A DNA stretch of 64,000 nucleotides from Marsupella aquatica (taxonomy: Eukaryota > Plantae > Marchantiophyta), in contig OZ316895.1 of NCBI GenBank assembly GCA_973895155.1, positions 10,342,184 through 10,406,183 on the forward strand, written 5' to 3'. Both the position numbers and the translations under genes were made by a program. The notes under the pieces are model-generated. The model was given only the letters and a program-made list of their open reading frames with translations. It was not told the DNA's origin and ran no database searches. Positions 46,250 to 60,700 of the stretch are shown one piece after another (position 1 is the stretch's first letter; the number at the start of each line of letters is the position of its first letter).

Positions 46250-49200
46250 TATTAGTTATTCTATAATCCCCACATTGTCTCTAGGATGGATGAGATTCAC
46301 CTCTTGAGCAGGATGTTGTTTTGGAGGAGCATATTGCCGAGCAATACGGATCAAATATAGAAGATGATGTCAATACCAAGATGATTATCCGAATGTTATT
46401 ACAACTTTAGGAGCTAATAACGTTAGGAATGAGGATACCTTTCAGGTTTAACCTCCCCTCTTCCTTTGACACTCTCCTTGCCTTTCCCTTTACAATTTCT
46501 CAACTTTTGAATAACAATTTTTTATTTACGTATGTGGGATTCTTGTACCAGGAGCCGTTCATTGCCATTGATTCTCAGAAGAACAGACCTCAACCATCAG
46601 CACAAATAGACTCACAAGAGTCTCATATCCCTGACTCTCAGCCATCACGGCCTCTGGACCTAGTCCCGACTCTTAGAGCAACACCTCGTTGACCAACTAG
46701 AGTAGCCTTTTTTATTGCAACTTGTTGGCTACTTTTGTTGATAGGCTACTCCCTCGGTGTCATATACATGGATGTTCTATGGGTTTGCAAGTTACATCAA
46801 TTGTGGTCGATTCACATTGGTTGTGGAAAGGTTGGGTATGATTGGACTTTTGTTATAGGTGACAATAAGTTTGGGAGGAGTTCTCCTATGATCACCCCCA
46901 GTTGTATCATTCCAGGAACCCTTTGCATTGGTCTCACCTATACGTCTTTGGCTACTATTGCCCTCATTATTGCCGCACATCTTGGTTTATATGTTCCTAC
47001 TACAGCTCATTGGCATGGTTTTTAGAGTGGTCATGACCTACCTCTAGGTGGATGGATAGCAATTGTGAGAGCATAATGGGAAGAAAACATAAGTTGTATA
47101 TAGCAGCAATTGAAGGATTATATTCAGCATAGGCGAGCAACTGAGCTTGGTAAGTAATTATCCGTTATAGGTCCTAAATGATTTTTTGGGGTACTCAAGG
47201 ATCGTACTCTTCTAGCCAATGTTTTATTTGATCTGTTTCTCACAATTTGTGTATGTTTTGTTCATGACACACCCTGGATTACTAGTGTACTTAGATACTT
47301 GATGAGATTCTTCTTAGAGCAGTTTTTGTGGTACCACCTTTATCCTCAATGTTGAAGATAATAAGATAAATAATTGAAATAGTGACAATTACTAGGAGAG
47401 ATGAGAGGAATGCTTGGCACATGGAGGACAATGGTACTTAAAGAGCATTGGGAAATTTGAGAGAGATAGGGATCTCTATCACAAAGGTTATCCATGACGA
47501 CAAAGCCATTATTGATAATATTGTGGAGGACATGGGGATTAGGAACAAGAAGAACTTGTGGCATAAGGTCAAAAATCTTATCAAGAAGTTTGTGGAGAAG
47601 ATGGTGAGTGAGGGCCACCTACACTATGACCATTGACATTGGCTCATCTCATTCTGAGTTACAAGTAGTCACTACTAAGAAGTTACATGATTGATTGAAG
47701 ACTAGGGGGTGAGAGGGTACTCTACCCTTTGGAAGAAAGCACTCGTGCATAAAGTTGGTGACATGCGTGAGCTACCTCCTGGAAAACTAGTACATATTCT
47801 GACACGTGGCCTCAAGTACCCAAAGTTTTCTCATCAGAATAGTGTCACAAAGATGAAGACATGGTTCTACGGATGCTATCATCGGTGTAAGAGTAGGTAT
47901 GCATAGTGCTGGATAATTATGGTGTGACTTATTGGCTTTTATATTTCTAAGTGTAGTAATTGTTGCAATTGCCCAAGGGAATTAAACCCCTTCATGCTGC
48001 CAACCAGCAGGAGTTATACTGAAATTTTAAACAACTGTGAAACATAGTAGAAGCCTGTCTACTCCTACAAATTCCTTTCCTTCATCATGCCAAGTTACGT
48101 TCACACAAGCTTCAATAGCTTCGGGACACTTGGTTCTAGAAGAAAACCCTGCTACTTTTAAGGCAAGTGAGTATAGACTTGAAATCTTTTCCTTCTCATG
48201 ATAGTTTTAGCATAATTGTATGTTGCACACACGATAGACTGTTCAATTGGGACTACAAGATTGAGATCCATATGGCACTCTAAAATTGTAGTACAAACTT
48301 TGGAAAATCAGCTTGGACTTGTTCTAATGTGACAGTCTAGACAACGGGTGGAGCATTGTCAACATCAGTCGGGACATCAGTAGAAGCCTGCCAACTCAAG
48401 GTGTAGGTCCCATCATCGCATTCAGTCAATGTGACTCTCAACTTTCTAATTGGTGCCATGTTCTTGACAAAATCAAACAATCACATCGGGAATCACATAT
48501 CACATATGCCATTGTTGCCTAACATTCACTTGAAATATGCATTGAACAATTGGGATACAACAAAGACCAACTTAGATCATACACTACCAAAGATTGACTC
48601 ATTGCAACAAGAGATGCAAACTACATTGCTGATTACTTGACATTGCAGTCACAGTATGGCAAGAGAGAAGAAATTTGCAAGAAAATTTGATGAGGAAGTT
48701 GGCTTGATAGTGGATGTGAGCCAAAATGGATGTCAAGAGCCCCCAAAATCAATGTCACTGGAGACTTAGAGCAACAACAAGAAAATGGCAGCTGAAACTC
48801 CAACATAAATGCCTTGGCTCATAGCAACAGTAGAAAAATCCAACACAAACTTGGGCAAAAGGGTCAACAACTCGCAGCAGCACAATGAGGCCAAGATCAG
48901 CAAATTTTGAATCGAATGTCATGTAATGTAAACAAGAAGGAGAAAGGACAAGCAAGTTGAGCTTCCCTGGTGAACCTAAAGTTGGAAAAACAACAACACA
49001 TCAATGTTGAATGTGGGCACAACATGAGCAAGGAGCTTGAGCTATGGAGCGAGCAACCTTGACCTGTAGTAGCAAGCAAGCTTCAACAGTGATCAAGGTT
49101 GGTGAGGGAAACCGAGGCAACAACGAGCAAGCTTGAGCAGCAAAAGAGCTTGGACCGAGGTAGCACCGAGTTGGGGCACACATTCAGTTGGGAGGCAACA

Positions 49201-51000
49201 ATGAGTTTCAACAGCAACAGCCAAGGGAGCAACAAGCTTCAACAGCCAATTGAAGCTGCAACAGCTGAGGATGCAACAAGCTTTGGCAGCAGCTGCTCGC
49301 ACTCTAGGGCTGGTGGGGGCCGGGTTGGGGGGGACCCTGCTGACGCTGGGTTTGTCCTCCAGGGGAGAATTGGCCTCTGACCCAACAGGAAGAGTGACAC
49401 AAGTGCGGGCAGGGCTTGGGGTCCTTACATACTCCAAGTTGTGGTTTAAGAGAGTTGAAGAAAACACACAAGTTGCACAAGTAGCGAAGGAAGACAAAAC
49501 TTATGCACATGCCAAGCAAAGAGGTGGATTGAGGTTAACTATAGTTCATGTGCTTTGTGTGCAAAATGACTTGCACAAAAAATGCCAGGCGACAATCGGC
49601 TGTGTGGCAATCAAGGTCAACAGAGTAAAGAGGAACTAGGCAAGTGGGGAAGGGAATATGGCATTCAGTATGCACACAGGGAAGGTCAAAGGCAAAGGGG
49701 AGGGTGGGTGAGGCCGGGTGCACTCCCTTGGCCCTCCAGCCAACAAGGTGGAGGGATAGATGGTCAGCTAGGTATAGGTGCAAAGGTCAGCCAGCCAATT
49801 GTAATTACACAACAATGAGGTGGTCCAGGCCGATAAGAAGCAAGACCCTTCAGTTTTTTTTTGGGGGGGGGCGAAGCTACAATGCAAGCCAGGCAAGGAG
49901 TGGTGCATAGGTAACTTGTAGGTTTATGTCCAAGAGATAGTGCCCCTTCAGAACCAAAGGGGCTTTTCCTTCAGGTATGGGCCAGGCATCTAGGGACCAT
50001 GTCTTCCCCACTTCAAGCCCACTCCTCCAAAATGTTGTCTCGGGCATTGGCCATGTGTTGCACAGGCAGGCATAAATGACTTTGACATATTGAAATAGGG
50101 TTGCAAATAGGAGCAACACAAACCTCAAGGGTCTGAAACTGCCACTTGACAAAATAGACATAGTTTGTGCAAATTTTACCTTGTTAAGAATATTTTTGAC
50201 TAGTTACATTGGGATCGGGATCCACCAGGCTTTGCTTCACGGACAGTGGCAAGTTAAATGAGAGTAGTGGTTGATTCTTCTATTGACCAGTACAACAATG
50301 GGCCTGATGGGGCTAGGGATACTTTCTTGGCTGTCCACTTTCAAGATGTAGGCAAAAGGGAGACAGGTAGAGATGCTCTAATATGCCAAACTTTGAAGAG
50401 TCAACCATGGCCAATTTTGAAGGTGGGTCATGTTTCAACATTGTTAGCAACTGTTTAGGACTCAAAAGCAAGGAAAAATAACCAAACCTTATGGCAGAAT
50501 ATCAATGTAAGCCCGAAGGTCGATTGAGCTTAGTAGCAAGGGATTGCAAGAGCAAAGTAACACACTAAGTCGCTCCTATGCTAAAGAACAAATGGTTCAG
50601 CCATCAATCAAAGTAAGTTGTGCTTGCCAGTAAATCTTCTTTAGGTGCTCAACTGTACTCAAAGTTTAGATTCCAGGATTTGGCTTGAGCCTCCTCCTCC
50701 CTTTCCAGTAGTCCTTCTCATATATGCTTGTCACCTCAATCTCGGCCCACTAGTGTAACTTGTTTAGGCTACTCACTTTGCTCAAATGGTGCATGCATTG
50801 TATCCACAATCATTCTCTCAATGCACTATTTCTTTGTGCAATGAGGTCCTTATGTGCTCTCAATTTACTTGTTTTCTTGATTGGCACTCAATCTCATGGT
50901 GACTCCATTCACCTCATCATTGCTTCTTATTTGGCAAGCACACAACTCCAACATGTTTGTGCTTCTTACTTGGCCAAACACATTGCACTTGTGTGAGTCA
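46250..51000. other. Unclassified, probably degenerate repeat or TE-derived DNA
   Basis: CpG-poor DNA with short broken ORF remnants (for example 47448-47636, and coiled-coil-like composition around 48560-49300). No diagnostic motif was recognised. Confidence 0.3.
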
Positions 51001-51736
51001 AAAGTGTTGTTTTAGAGCAGTCCATATAGGTTGCAGTGCTCTATTCAAATGACTCAATCACATTGTGGCCGCCTATTCTTGCGGTTGGCCTAAATCCATT
51101 CGGGGATATGGGGTGATGGTGGGGAGGCCTTGCCTGGATAAAGGGCTGGGAAAGGGGGAAAAAATAAGATGGTGTTTACAGACCTTTTCCTACCACCCCT
51201 GGAGATGCTCTGGAATGGAAAAGAATTGTGCCTGAAGTTTTGTGAACTGGCCCTAAAAGACCTACTAAATGAAAGAAAGCGGCAGCCTCCCTTTACCGAG
51301 GAGACCTATTACCTTACGCAACGGTTGATTGTCATCCCCCTAAATAAGGATCCACTTCTCTGCAAATGTGGGCATCGAGTTCAAGAAAAACAACAGCAGG
51401 AAGTGCTTCGTAAAAGATACGGTATCGACAAAGCAGGAGGCCATCCAGACCCTTAGAATAACTTGCACAAGACAACACTCTAACTTGACAGAGTTCGGCG
51501 CAAAGGAGTACTCGAAAGATTGTGAATTGTAGAGTTCCTCACACGCAGCATTTTCTACTCTACTCTCTCCTTTTGCTCCCCTCTCCCTCTACGATAATTC
51601 TTGTTCAGCGTAACTACTCGTTTCCCCCGCAATCGATCCCGTGTCGGCGCTGTCTGTCTGTCCGACTATCGTGTCCTCCGATTTGCGACCGAATTGAAAT
51701 CGATTCGATCAGAATTCGGAGGGATAGAGAATAAAG

Positions 51737-54700
51737 ATGGCTGCGGCAGGAGATGCCGAGGATTTTGCTATGCTAGATAGGTTGCTTATGAGGCTGGCGC
51801 TTACTGAGGACGCGCAGCTAGAGAAAGTGCTGTCCAAGCTTTTACCGCTCGCAATTTCGCGACTAGGTTCAACCCATGCACCGACGAGGACGAAGGTATA
51901 TGATCAGTCAATAGTGTGGTCTTGCTTTCCGCTGTAAGACACTAGATTTCATGCGTCGAAATTTCTGCCACTCTGAATAAGTAAACCGACCTAAGCTCTT
52001 GATTGCTCTCTCAGGTGATGGAGATGTTAAATCACATAAATAAGAGGGTGAAGGATCAGTTGTCGATAAAGTTGCCATTGAAGGATCTTCTGAGAATGTA
52101 TGAAAATCCAGAAACAAAGCCGACGGTCAAAAATGTTTCCATCATCTACGTGGAAATGGCATTTGATCGTGCTTCAGCTGAGGTACTCAGCGCTTTTTTC
52201 TCGTCTTTCCGTTTCTGATTTAAATTTTAAGCTCGCAAAAACACCGGCATCACAAAATTCTGGGTTGGCGAAGATAATGGTCCAGTCAGCGTTTTATTGA
52301 CTTCCTAGGTCTTGCAGGAAAGAGCGGAGGTTGTTCCTGACTTATTGGCCGGCATAGCGCAACTACGGCCTGAACACCAGGCCATATTGCTCCGAATGGC
52401 TTTGAAGGTGACCCAATTTTAGTGTCCTCTCCGCAATTAATTTCAGTTACTGCTGGAATTCTCGCGACATGGGGCTGTTTTGTACTTTTTCCTTTAGATT
52501 TGTTCAAGTCTTTGTCACGAGCATAGAGCTCTCTTCAGTCGTTCTGTGTCAGAGATTATGACCTGTCCGCGACAGAGTTTCAAACCTATGCCTTAATATT
52601 AGGTGAATTTAGCGAAAGGTCATTAGAATTGATGCCTGAGCTGCAATATCCCTGGTCTTGCCCAGCCGAGCTATGCCCTCGATATCATCGCATCGTTCAA
52701 TATCGCTTCCAAACAAGTCGTCAATGTCAAGAAGATTTTGCCAGAAAGCTTATGAATGCCGTGTACCTGAGATGAGGATTGGGGGAAAAATCTATCTGTT
52801 GGACGCAAGTTTATTCTTGGCCATCGTCAAGAATGGCTGGACTCAATGGCTTGAGTTGCTCTGCTGCGTCCTCTTTGCTGATTCGAGATTGTATCGTCTC
52901 AGGGATTGGAGAAATATGCATCGGGTCGAATTGAGGACAACCTTGCAAAAAAGTTCACATTCACTGAAGATAGTGCAGACTGCAGGGAGTTTTTGGAGTT
53001 TTCCCAGCAATTAATGCTGTATCAGCCTGGTTCTAGCGCACAAGGGTACGTCCTTACTCTGAATGCTTCGGGGTGCGCTTGGATTGGTACCCAAAACTAG
53101 GAGACAATGTTGGAATTTGTGGTTATTGTTTGTTTGTTTGAGGTCGTGGTTTAGCTTGAAGATACCAGACTTAAATGCATCTGGCACATATAGCTATTTT
53201 TGCTGCTTAAGACTTTTGGCGTGCGGCTTGAACATAGTCGGCAGGGCTCTCGAATTATTGTTTAGACTTCGATTGCACTTTTGAAAGAAGTCTACAGCGT
53301 GTCTTTAAAAATGTGATGTCAAACCTGATATTTGTTTAGTCTTAGTTATGCAATGCGGACGTGACTTGTGTAGATAGCAGCTAGCCAGGTGAGGGTCAGG
53401 AAAATGTCCCAGAACTGTGATCTTCTATGGAAACTGTTTTGCGGCTTGGTTATTTGGGTTTTAAGGTAACATGAATATATGCAGGAGTGCACCACCAGGA
53501 TTATCTGCAGTTCAAGTTGCACGTATTTCGAGAAAAGACAATCCTCGAGGTGTTGAGCTCATGACCAGGAAGGTAGAGATATTCTCATCCCTAATCTGGA
53601 GGAAGAGAGGGGAAGAAGCATAAGGCTCAGATCTAATAAAATTTCCACTCAGAATTGTTTTGCTTGAAGAAGAGAACTAGAAGAAACAGAACCTGTGTTT
53701 TGACTCCAGACTCTTGACCCCAGATGGTGCTGTGGTGATAGTTGGGTATCCTCAACTTTGTTGCAGAGCTCGAGCTTGGAGCAGACCTTGTGTACACCCT
53801 TTATCTTGTAGCTTCTGTCGACAGGTGATGGTTTCAATGATTTGTATTTTTCCTACATTATGTGAATGGAATAGCGCTTATTGAGGCTGGACACTATGTG
53901 ACAGATGTGTCTTTTGAGAATGTGAACATGAATGAGTTGACCTCTTCCTGTGACAGCTGCTTATATTTCCGTAGTTTTCTTAACCAATGACAATGGTATT
54001 CACACCCAACATCGAAGTGGATTGCGGTCTTTGCCTTCTCGCCGTATGCTTTAGTATTGCTAGTTTTTTGTTGGGTTTCTTTGCCTTTATCTTGAACTCA
54101 CCGTGATCATTCCTTATCTACAGTAATGAGAAAGTTGCAAAGAGAGGCGATGAGTTGCTGAAGCGAAAAGCTGCTGGGGCTAATCTTGAAGACCCAACTC
54201 TTATAAAAAAGCTGTTTTCTCTTTACTTAGGTAATGATATGAATGCTTAATTTGGGGGCTTCTACTTGCTGTCTGAGATTCACTTTATCTAGAGGGCTTG
54301 ATTTTTTCTTTTGAAACTGGTAAGACAAGGAGGTTAGGGATTGGAGTCCACTTTTGCTGTTGTCAACTGCAATCGGATGTCGAGATGCAACAGAGACGAG
54401 TGTGCTGTGTACCATCGCACAAGGAAATTTTCGGACGGTCTACATCTGCAATCAATTTCAGTCATTCTCTGTTTCCCTTTCTTTGAGATTGATTTTGTGT
54501 AAATTCCTGAAACCACATTTGGTAGCTGGTGATACTGACTTCCACTTAATTTGTTTTGAACATCCTAGGCAGTCAGCCAACTTTAGCAGGCTCTGGATCT
54601 GGTGACAACAATAATAAGGTGGCCCCTGCCGGAGCAGCCCTTAAGGCACGTCTCATGGGCACATTCACCCATTCTATTGCGGCTGCGAACCAGTTCCCAC

Positions 54701-57700
54701 TCACTCTTCAGTGTGTATTTGATTGTATATCTGGTAAGACATTGAAGGGAAATTACTGTGAAACGTGAATACAATCCTGCTTGTTTTCCTTGTATTCTCT
54801 TAACAGCAAGTTTGTTTGGGAATAAGTCTGACAAGCTTTACGAAATAGGGAGTGATCAGTGGATTGTTTGTTTCCTAGGAGCTGGAACTACATCGAGACT
54901 GAAACAAGCAGGGATGGAGTTCTCAGTTTGGATCTTTAAGCATGTATGGCTCAACAAGTAACACTTTTTGATGCTGCTTTGGTTGCGTGAAGCTGAGATT
55001 GGACAAGCTTGGCAAGAGAGATTAATCCCGGCGTTGTTGTGAAAGAACGGGAAATTGTGAAGAACTTATTTGTGTGTGTTACGTAGCAGTCTTCAATTTA
55101 TCAGACTGTAGGAATTTGAAAGCAAACAAAATAAGCACACCCTTTGTATATTTGTGCCCAAGGGATTATCTGATCTTAGACTTGGTGATCATTTTCCAGG
55201 CAGAAGACAGGCAACTGAAAGTCATGGCACCTATTATGTTGACAAGTGTCATCAAGTTGTTAACTGGACAGGATGCGAGCGAATCAGGTACCGGGACGGT
55301 TCGTCTATTCCTAATAATGGGCACCTGCGTAGCTTGGACGAGTACTAAACCTGCCTTTTGTGATCTTAGATGCGTCTTCGAAACAGCAACGAGCTTTCTG
55401 CTATCAAGCAATAGGACAGTTAGCACAGCGTGCACCGCATCTGTTCAGGTATGCTTGATTCAGATCTTTAATTCTTCGACTCACAACCGTTTTTTTGTTT
55501 GCTCCATTCTTTGGCTTCTCTTAATTAATAATGTACCACAACATTCATATATTTGAGATTTCGTCAAATCGCTGATAGACCGACTCTTGTGTGGTTGGAG
55601 ACTTCAGTGGCAATACTGAGATGGTGGTGCGTCTTTTCGAAGCACTACGAACTGAGCATGCAAACTTGCGGTCCAGTGTGCAAGAAGCTCTGGCCTCGCT
55701 AGCAGGAGCTTACAAGGTGCGACGAATAATATCTCGATTACCAATTTTGTGATGAATGCCCCATAAGCGCAAGTATTGGCGATTTGGTGTGCTAGATTTA
55801 TCTAATCAAAATAAGTGAGGTCCCCGTTTTGTCTTTTAAGGGTCTACAACATATTACTGCACATACCTTGAATCCAAAAAGTGGAGTGAAGTCTGAACTA
55901 TTGGTCTAGAATTTGCTACAATCAAGAGAAAAATGGAAGCTACTCGGATCCCATTGGAATGTTTAGGTCTTGTAAAGAATGAATTCTTACCATCATCTTT
56001 GATAGAAGGACCGAGCTTCATTGTCTATCTGCTTGGAGTGCCAGAGTGTAACAAAGTGAATTCGTGTTGTTACGGTATACCATAGTGAGGGACTGCAATA
56101 TTTAAATTAGAAGAAGAAAGATCAAAGTGACGAAAAATAGGAACGACTACTTTGTTTAATAGCTAATACGATGGCATCCTCTTCGTGATGATCTGCAGGG
56201 ATGTAGCGCAACAGTGGCAGCAGAGTTGGAAGCTTTACTCTTGAAGCACGTTCAAGCGGTAAGATATGGCTGCAAATGTATGATCTAGAATGGATTTAAG
56301 GTCTTGGTAGACTTTCAGAATTCTACATTATTTTGTGCTGATACATTGGTTATTTTGACCTGTTGTAGTGGTCCAACAAGCTGTTGGCAATTTATTTGCT
56401 CAAAGCCATCCTGGACAGAATGATGCTCAGAGGAAGCAATTGAACCACAGTAGATTGTCACACATTGAAGGACTCCTGTAGCAAGAAATTCAGACATCCT
56501 TCGTCAAAATTTTCGTCGTACATCATGAAAGAGGGACTTATAAATGACCTGTTGACTGGTCGTTATGAGATAGCTAAGTTGCCGTGGAACTTTGTAAAGG
56601 TGGAGAGCGAGGCACGGTTTTGTACTGTTTTGTGGGCAACAAAGTGGAATACATTTAGCCATGTGCCAAGTCGATATATCTGCATGATTGGAGCGGCTGA
56701 TACCAAACTTGACATAAGGTTTGTTGCTACATTCTTTCGCAAAATTCTCTGTTTCTATTTCTACAGTCTGTTGACAGCCCCTAGTTCTTGATGAGTCAAT
56801 GCACCCACATTTGCAAGTCGACGGTGTGCTGTCTAAGCCCTAAACCCTAAACCCCCCCCCTTGTCCCAAGTCCGCCCCTTCAAACAGGGAAACAATTGAC
56901 AGATAGGAATTCGTAGGTATAAACAGACACCAGACTTCGGATTGCAATTACACAACACACAAATATGGTCCTATTTGAAGTTTTGGACGGCCCATGCAAT
57001 TCAACACACATTCCACAATCTAAAGTCATTCTAATTTTGTATTTGTGTGTACCGTCACTGTTTACTCAATAATCAGAGAAATGACTCAGCAAGGTCTTAC
57101 TCCAATCAAAAGCGACAAAGCGGGGACTGAGCTTCAAACAGCGGCATATCCTTCTTTGAAAGAGATGATGGACTATATCTGCAAGCAGCAGCCAAGAGTG
57201 CTGGCACCTGCACCGTTAGGAGAGCAGCTGTTATTGTTTCCTGCAAAGACATATGTCGCGATGATAGAGTTCTTACAGAAATGCTTTGAATCAGAGCAAA
57301 ATAATTCCCTGGCTAACGCTAAGAGTGAATCACAATCGTCCACCATGGCGGCCAAAGATGCTTTCCGGCTACTTCTGGAGCATGGCATGGCTCACGATGG
57401 AACTGTGGAGTTGCATATCATCGCTTCAAAGGGCCTTCTTGGACTTGCCACTATTGATCGTGAGGTATAGTGAATTCGGAAACCTCTGTATGTGGCGCCA
57501 TTAGCGAGCTATATAGTGGAGGAACTAGTACAAGTTAAGTGTTCGACTTTATTAGATGTTACTTTGCGCAAAATATGCACCTTCATAGGGGCTGCTGTTG
57601 TTTCACACTGGGAAGGCTCATAGAATTTTGGTTTTTTGACTCAACATTCGCTCTTTTCTGAAGTTTTAAACACACTGGACAATGATTGGCCAGTTACTCT

Positions 57701-60700
57701 TAACGCTGAAAGGAGCGACCATGTTTTGTGCAGAGCATTGCAAATACATATAGGAATCGCTTGCCGTGGCTCAAACAGTTTGTTGGTCATATTGACTCCA
57801 CCGTTCGTGAGGCGATCGGACGCTTATTGGGAGTTTGTACAGCTTCTTTGTCTTCTTCCGATGCGGCAGTATTACTTAAGGATCTTGTATCCACCTTTGA
57901 GGTCGACAACAACAAGCGCAGGTAACACCGAAGAATCTGGTTTTGGTGGCCACTTGTCACCCTTTACGTTCGGCCATTTAAAGCCTGAACTAGAGCATTA
58001 GTCTTACAGATCGCTTTGGGTGACAGGTTCGAGGACCTTCAGGGTGCAGTATGTGCAACAGGTTTTGTGTTGGCGCAGTGTTTGATGGGAACCCTTGAAG
58101 TGAGTCTCAACGATTTGATTTTGCAATTCTCAAGCTATTCAGCTTTGTTACATGATGAGATCTTGTCTGTGGTGAGATCGGGACTCATAAACTGTTCTCT
58201 TTGAGCAGGTTTGTTACGTGATGAGATTCTTGTTTGTGGTTTGATCTTGACTCATAAACCTTTTCTCTTTGAGCAGGTACCAAGGCCTTTGTTGGAAAGA
58301 ACCATTGCTGTTTTGGTTTCCAAGAGTACCTCTGGAAATGACTTTTTGGCAGGCTCTGCAGCAGAGGCTCTTGGCCACGCAGGATTACGAGGTCCTCTTC
58401 CTATTGCGCTTGGCGATTTCTCAACCACAGCATCCCCTGCTGTAACATCTGGATCAAGCTCGACTGAGGTCGGAGAGAAGCCTATGGATCCTAGCACGGT
58501 GGAGGCTTTGACTTCCACAACAGTTTCTACTGGACCAGATGGAGCTTCAAATCCTTCTGAGGAAGTGTCACTAGCTTTGGCTGTGAAGAATATTTCTGGG
58601 TTGTTGGCCTGCAAGGAAGTGAAAGTGGTCCAAAAGGCAGTTATTTCTCTTGGACAATTATGCTATGGCAACCCAAGATCTGAGCTTCTTGATTCTTCCC
58701 TCTCCGCTCTGTTCACGCTGAGCAAGTCAAAGGTGAGAATATCACTTCTCTGAATCCGTTGTTCTTTGCCTTAGTTTTGGGCCTCCGTTTGTTTTAACGA
58801 ACTCACCTTGTATGATAATTTAAAATTGAATATCGTTCCCAGCACTACCTGTGCACAATAGTAGATCTGTTCATATTAAGAGGACACGGGGGCAGAACTC
58901 TGATGCAGGAGAAGACTGCCATGGGTGGTGCGCTTAATGATCAAGATTATCAATATGAAAAAGCTATGCTTCTAACTTGAGTTACATGCGATTAAATCAT
59001 ATCATCCCTTGGGCTAAAGGTTGGGCTTTCAGGAGTTCGCATTGGTGTTCTCAAATGGGTTGAGGGCTGTGAGGGTTGGAGCTCCCGTTACAAATTTGCG
59101 TATTCAGGGGTTGTTCTGATTACAGCTGCTACTGAAAATGGCACTGTGGCTTTTGTGGTTCTGTGCAGGCGGAGGATGTGCTTTTTTCTGTTGGTGAGGC
59201 TCTTTCATTTGTATGGGGTGGCGTGCCTATCAGTGCAGATAAGATTTTGAAAACAGACTATGTTTCACTGTCTTCATCAACAAATTTCTTGAATGAGGAT
59301 GGTCCAGCTCAAGGAGGTGACATTGAAATGGAAGTTGGCCAGGATGATATTGAGCGTGAGCCGGCTAGGGAGAGGATCGTCAAGAAGCTATTTGAGGAAA
59401 TGTTATTCAGTGGCCGAACAGATGAACGCTGTGCTGGCTGTGTCTGGCTAGTGTCCATCATATCGTACAGTGGGAGGCACGCACGAGTTCAAAAAATGCT
59501 TCCAGAAATACAGGAGGCACTTTCGCATTTGCTAGGGGATATAAATGAGTTGACACAAGAAATGGCTTCCCGAGGAATGAGCATTGTGTACGAGCTGGGA
59601 GATTCTAGCACAAAAGATGAGCTTGTAATGGCGTTAGTGAACAACCTATCTGGTACTGCAAAAAAGAAGAGAGCTGTGAAGCTTATGGAAGATTCTGAGG
59701 TCTTCGCAGAGGGTGCCTTGGGTGAAAAACCTGGTGGTGGCAACATAAGCACTTACAAGGAACTTTGTAGTATTGCAAATGAGATGGGGCAACCAGATCT
59801 GATCTATAAGTTTATGGATCTGGCAAATCATCAGGCCTCTCTTAACTCTAAGCGGGGTGCCGCTTTCGGATTTGCAAGGATCGCTAAGCAAGCAGGTGAG
59901 GCATTGAAACCGCATCTGCCTGCCCTTGTTCCAAAGCTGCTCCGCTACCAGTATGACCCAAATAAGCGTATTCAGGATGCCATGGGACATATTTGGAGAG
60001 CGCTAGTTGCTGAGCCCAAGAAGACTATTGATGAACTCTTTGACGACATTATGGAGGATCTGCTGACTCAAGCTGGTTCAAGACTATGGAGATCTCGTGA
60101 ATCTTCATGCCTTGCATTGGCAGATATATTACAGGGTCGCAGATATAATGAAGTTGGAAAATACCTCGAGAGGACATGGACGATGGCTTTTCGTTCCATT
60201 GATGACATCAAGGAGACTGTTCGACTTGCTGGGGGTAGTTTGTGTCGTGCTGTGAACTCCCTGACGTTACGACTTTGCGACACTTCCCTAACTGCAGAAG
60301 CTGACGCTAAAGCAACTATGGCAATAGTTCTTCCCTTTCTGTTATCCAAAGGTATACTCAGTTCGGTCGAAGACGTGAGGCAGATGTCCGTTGCCTCTGT
60401 GATGAAATTGGTGAAGGGTGCCGGAGCAGCTGTGCGACCACAAATGCCAGATTTGGTGGTTTGTATGCTGGAAAGTCTGTCAAGTTTGGAAGACCAGAGA
60501 CTCAGCTACATTGAAATGCATGCGGAGCGAGCTGGCATCAGCACTGATAAGCTTGAGAATGTAAGAATAGCGGGTGCAAAGGATTCTCCCATGTGGGATA
60601 CCCTCGATTTGTGCCTCCGCCATGTTGACAACCCGACGCTTGAATTACTGGTGCCCAGATTAATCCAGCTAGTCCGCTCCGGGGTGGGTTTAAACACAAG

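Noticed and set aside
49093-50458. Cluster of 60-134-aa ORFs upstream of ECM29
   Set aside because: No recognisable domain or consistent exon chain; probably degenerate repeat DNA.
50748-50755. CACTAGTG as an alternative CACTA end (also ACTAGTG ~45051)
   Set aside because: No extended TIR match or matching TSD, unlike 45221-45231.
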